Shown in pieces: positions 62,551 to 64,000 of a stretch of DNA of 64,000 nt (the first letter of the stretch is position 1; each line of letters opens with the position of its first letter). The notes under the pieces were generated by a model, which did not search any database, was not told the origin of the DNA, and worked only from the letters and a program-made list of their open reading frames with translations. The DNA is from Alphaproteobacteria bacterium (GTDB lineage: Bacteria > Pseudomonadota > Alphaproteobacteria > UBA6615): contig CBDHEC010000008.1 of the NCBI GenBank assembly GCA_965261975.1, positions 64,001 through 128,000 of the forward strand, given 5' to 3'. A program made the translations under genes and the position numbers.

Positions 62551-63288
62551 TCAATATTCCACGCGAATGAGACTGAGCCCATCGGGTGGTGCGGTCGGGC
62601 CGCCCGCGGTGCGATCACGCGCCGCCAGCGCATCGCGCACATCCGCGCGCGTCCACTTCCCCTCGCCGACCAGCTTGAGCGTGCCGACGATGTTGCGCAC
62701 CTGGTGATGCAGGAAGGACGGCGCCGAGGCCTCCACGACGAGTTCCTGCCCGTGTCGTGAAACATCCAGGCGGTCGAGCGTCTTCACCGGTGATTTTGCC
62801 TGGCACAGCGTGGCGCGAAACGACGTGAAGTCGTGATGCCCGAGAAGTTCCTGCGCGGCGTCTGCCATCGCATCGGCATCGAGCCGGACGCGAACCCACC
62901 AGACGCGCCCCGCATCCAGGGCGGGTTGCGGTCGGCGATTCAGAATGCGGTAGCGGTAGTGACGCGCTGTCGCCGCATATCGGGCATGAAACCCATCATC
63001 GACCGCCTCTGCCTGCAAGACCGAGACCGGGACATCCAGCAGGAAATGGTTCATCGCGTCGCGCACCGTGTCGGCGTCGACATCCTTCTCGATATCCACA
63101 TGCGCGGTCTGGGCTTCCGCATGGACACCGGCATCGGTACGACCCGCGCCGTGAACGATCGCGTCCTCGTCGCTGAACGCATGCACCGCGCGCTCGAGCT
63201 CCGCCTGGATCGAGGGGCCATTATCCTGACGCTGCCAGCCGACATAGCCGGTCCCGTCATACTCGATTGTGAGCTTGTAGCGGGTCAT
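62551..63288 (-). CDS. truA: tRNA pseudouridine(38-40) synthase
   Basis: YDGT...[20 protein letters not shown] and [11 protein letters not shown] motifs. Confidence 0.97.
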   Translation of the reverse strand: MTRYKLTIEYDGTGYVGWQRQDNGPSIQAELERAVHAFSDEDAIVHGAGRTDAGVHAEAQTAHVDIEKDVDADTVRDAMNHFLLDVPVSVLQAEAVDDGFHARYAATARHYRYRILNRRPQPALDAGRVWWVRVRLDADAMADAAQELLGHHDFTSFRATLCQAKSPVKTLDRLDVSRHGQELVVEASAPSFLHHQVRNIVGTLKLVGEGKWTRADVRDALAARDRTAGGPTAPPDGLSLIRVEY

Positions 63289-64000
63289 GCGAACACCACA
63301 CCCGCGGCGATCGGTCGTCCGCGGAGATAGTCTGCGGCCGCCATGGCCGCCTTGCCCGCCCGCTGGACCGTGACCAGCCGCAATGCACCGTCACCGCAGG
63401 CCACGGTGAACGCGTCGTCGAGCACCGTCCCGGGCGCTCCCTGACCCCCAACGACTTCCGCCGACAGGACCTTGATTCGCTCACCTTCATGTTCGAACCA
63501 TGCGCCGGGCCAGGGTGCGAAGGCACGCACATGGCAATCCAGAACCGCCGCCGGCTGCGCCCAGTCGATCCGCTCCTCGCCGCGTTCGATCTTCGCCGCA
63601 TAGGTCTCGCCCGTGTCCGGCTGCGCGATTGCCTGCAGTGTCCCTGCCTCCAGACCCGTGAGCGCGTCCACGATCAATCGACCGCCGAGCGCCGCCAGTG
63701 CGTCGTGGAGCATGCCCGCGTTTGTTTCTGCGGCGATCGGCACGGCTTCACGCAGCAATTCCGGGCCGGTATCGAGGCCGGCATCCATCTGCATGATCGT
63801 GACACCGGTCTCGGCATCACCGGCCTGGATTGCGCGCTGGATCGGCGCCGCACCGCGCCAGCGCGGCAGCAGGGAGGCGTGAATATTGATGCAACCGAGC
63901 CGCGGCGCATCAAGCACCGCCTGTGGAAGAATCAAACCGTAGGCGACGACCACAGCTGCATCGAGATCAAGCGCCCCGAAATCCGCCTGGGCCTCCTCGT
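63285..64000 (-). CDS. fmt: Methionyl-tRNA formyltransferase (5' end outside the window)
   Basis: [26 protein letters not shown] and MDAGLDTG motifs. Confidence 0.95.
   Translation of the reverse strand, partial: EEAQADFGALDLDAAVVVAYGLILPQAVLDAPRLGCINIHASLLPRWRGAAPIQRAIQAGDAETGVTIMQMDAGLDTGPELLREAVPIAAETNAGMLHDALAALGGRLIVDALTGLEAGTLQAIAQPDTGETYAAKIERGEERIDWAQPAAVLDCHVRAFAPWPGAWFEHEGERIKVLSAEVVGGQGAPGTVLDDAFTVACGDGALRLVTVQRAGKAAMAAADYLRGRPIAAGVVFA

Noticed and set aside
1-64000. CRISPR arrays, rRNA, IS elements
   Set aside because: No regularly spaced repeats, rRNA-like sequence or transposase ORFs were seen.

Overview
GC-rich chromosomal segment, most likely from an alphaproteobacterium (Rhodospirillales-like; inferred from gene order and protein similarity recalled by eye). 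The right half is a housekeeping backbone: rpmH-rnpA-yidD-yidC-engB-argB ... pyrimidine 5'-nucleotidase-dapD-dapE ... truA-fmt. It is interrupted by a four-gene module (PAS-EAL, PAS-GAF-GGDEF, DUF2336-like, unknown protein). The left half, about 5.5-29.8 kb and bounded by tRNA-Arg(ACG), is a catabolic accessory region. Its most interesting part is an IclR-flanked operon: sulfatase, phloroglucinol-reductase-like SDR, pyrogallol-transhydroxylase-type molybdoenzyme (large and Fe-S subunits), methyltransferase. The region also holds a Co-type nitrile hydratase operon and CoA-dependent catabolic genes. Six non-core genes are disrupted (three in-frame nonsense codons, two frameshifts, one MscS::ABC-ATPase chimera) while all recognisable core genes are intact, which points to ongoing gene decay or assembly artefacts. 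No CRISPR array, rRNA, integrase or transposase was seen. All family calls come from motif recognition, not database searches.
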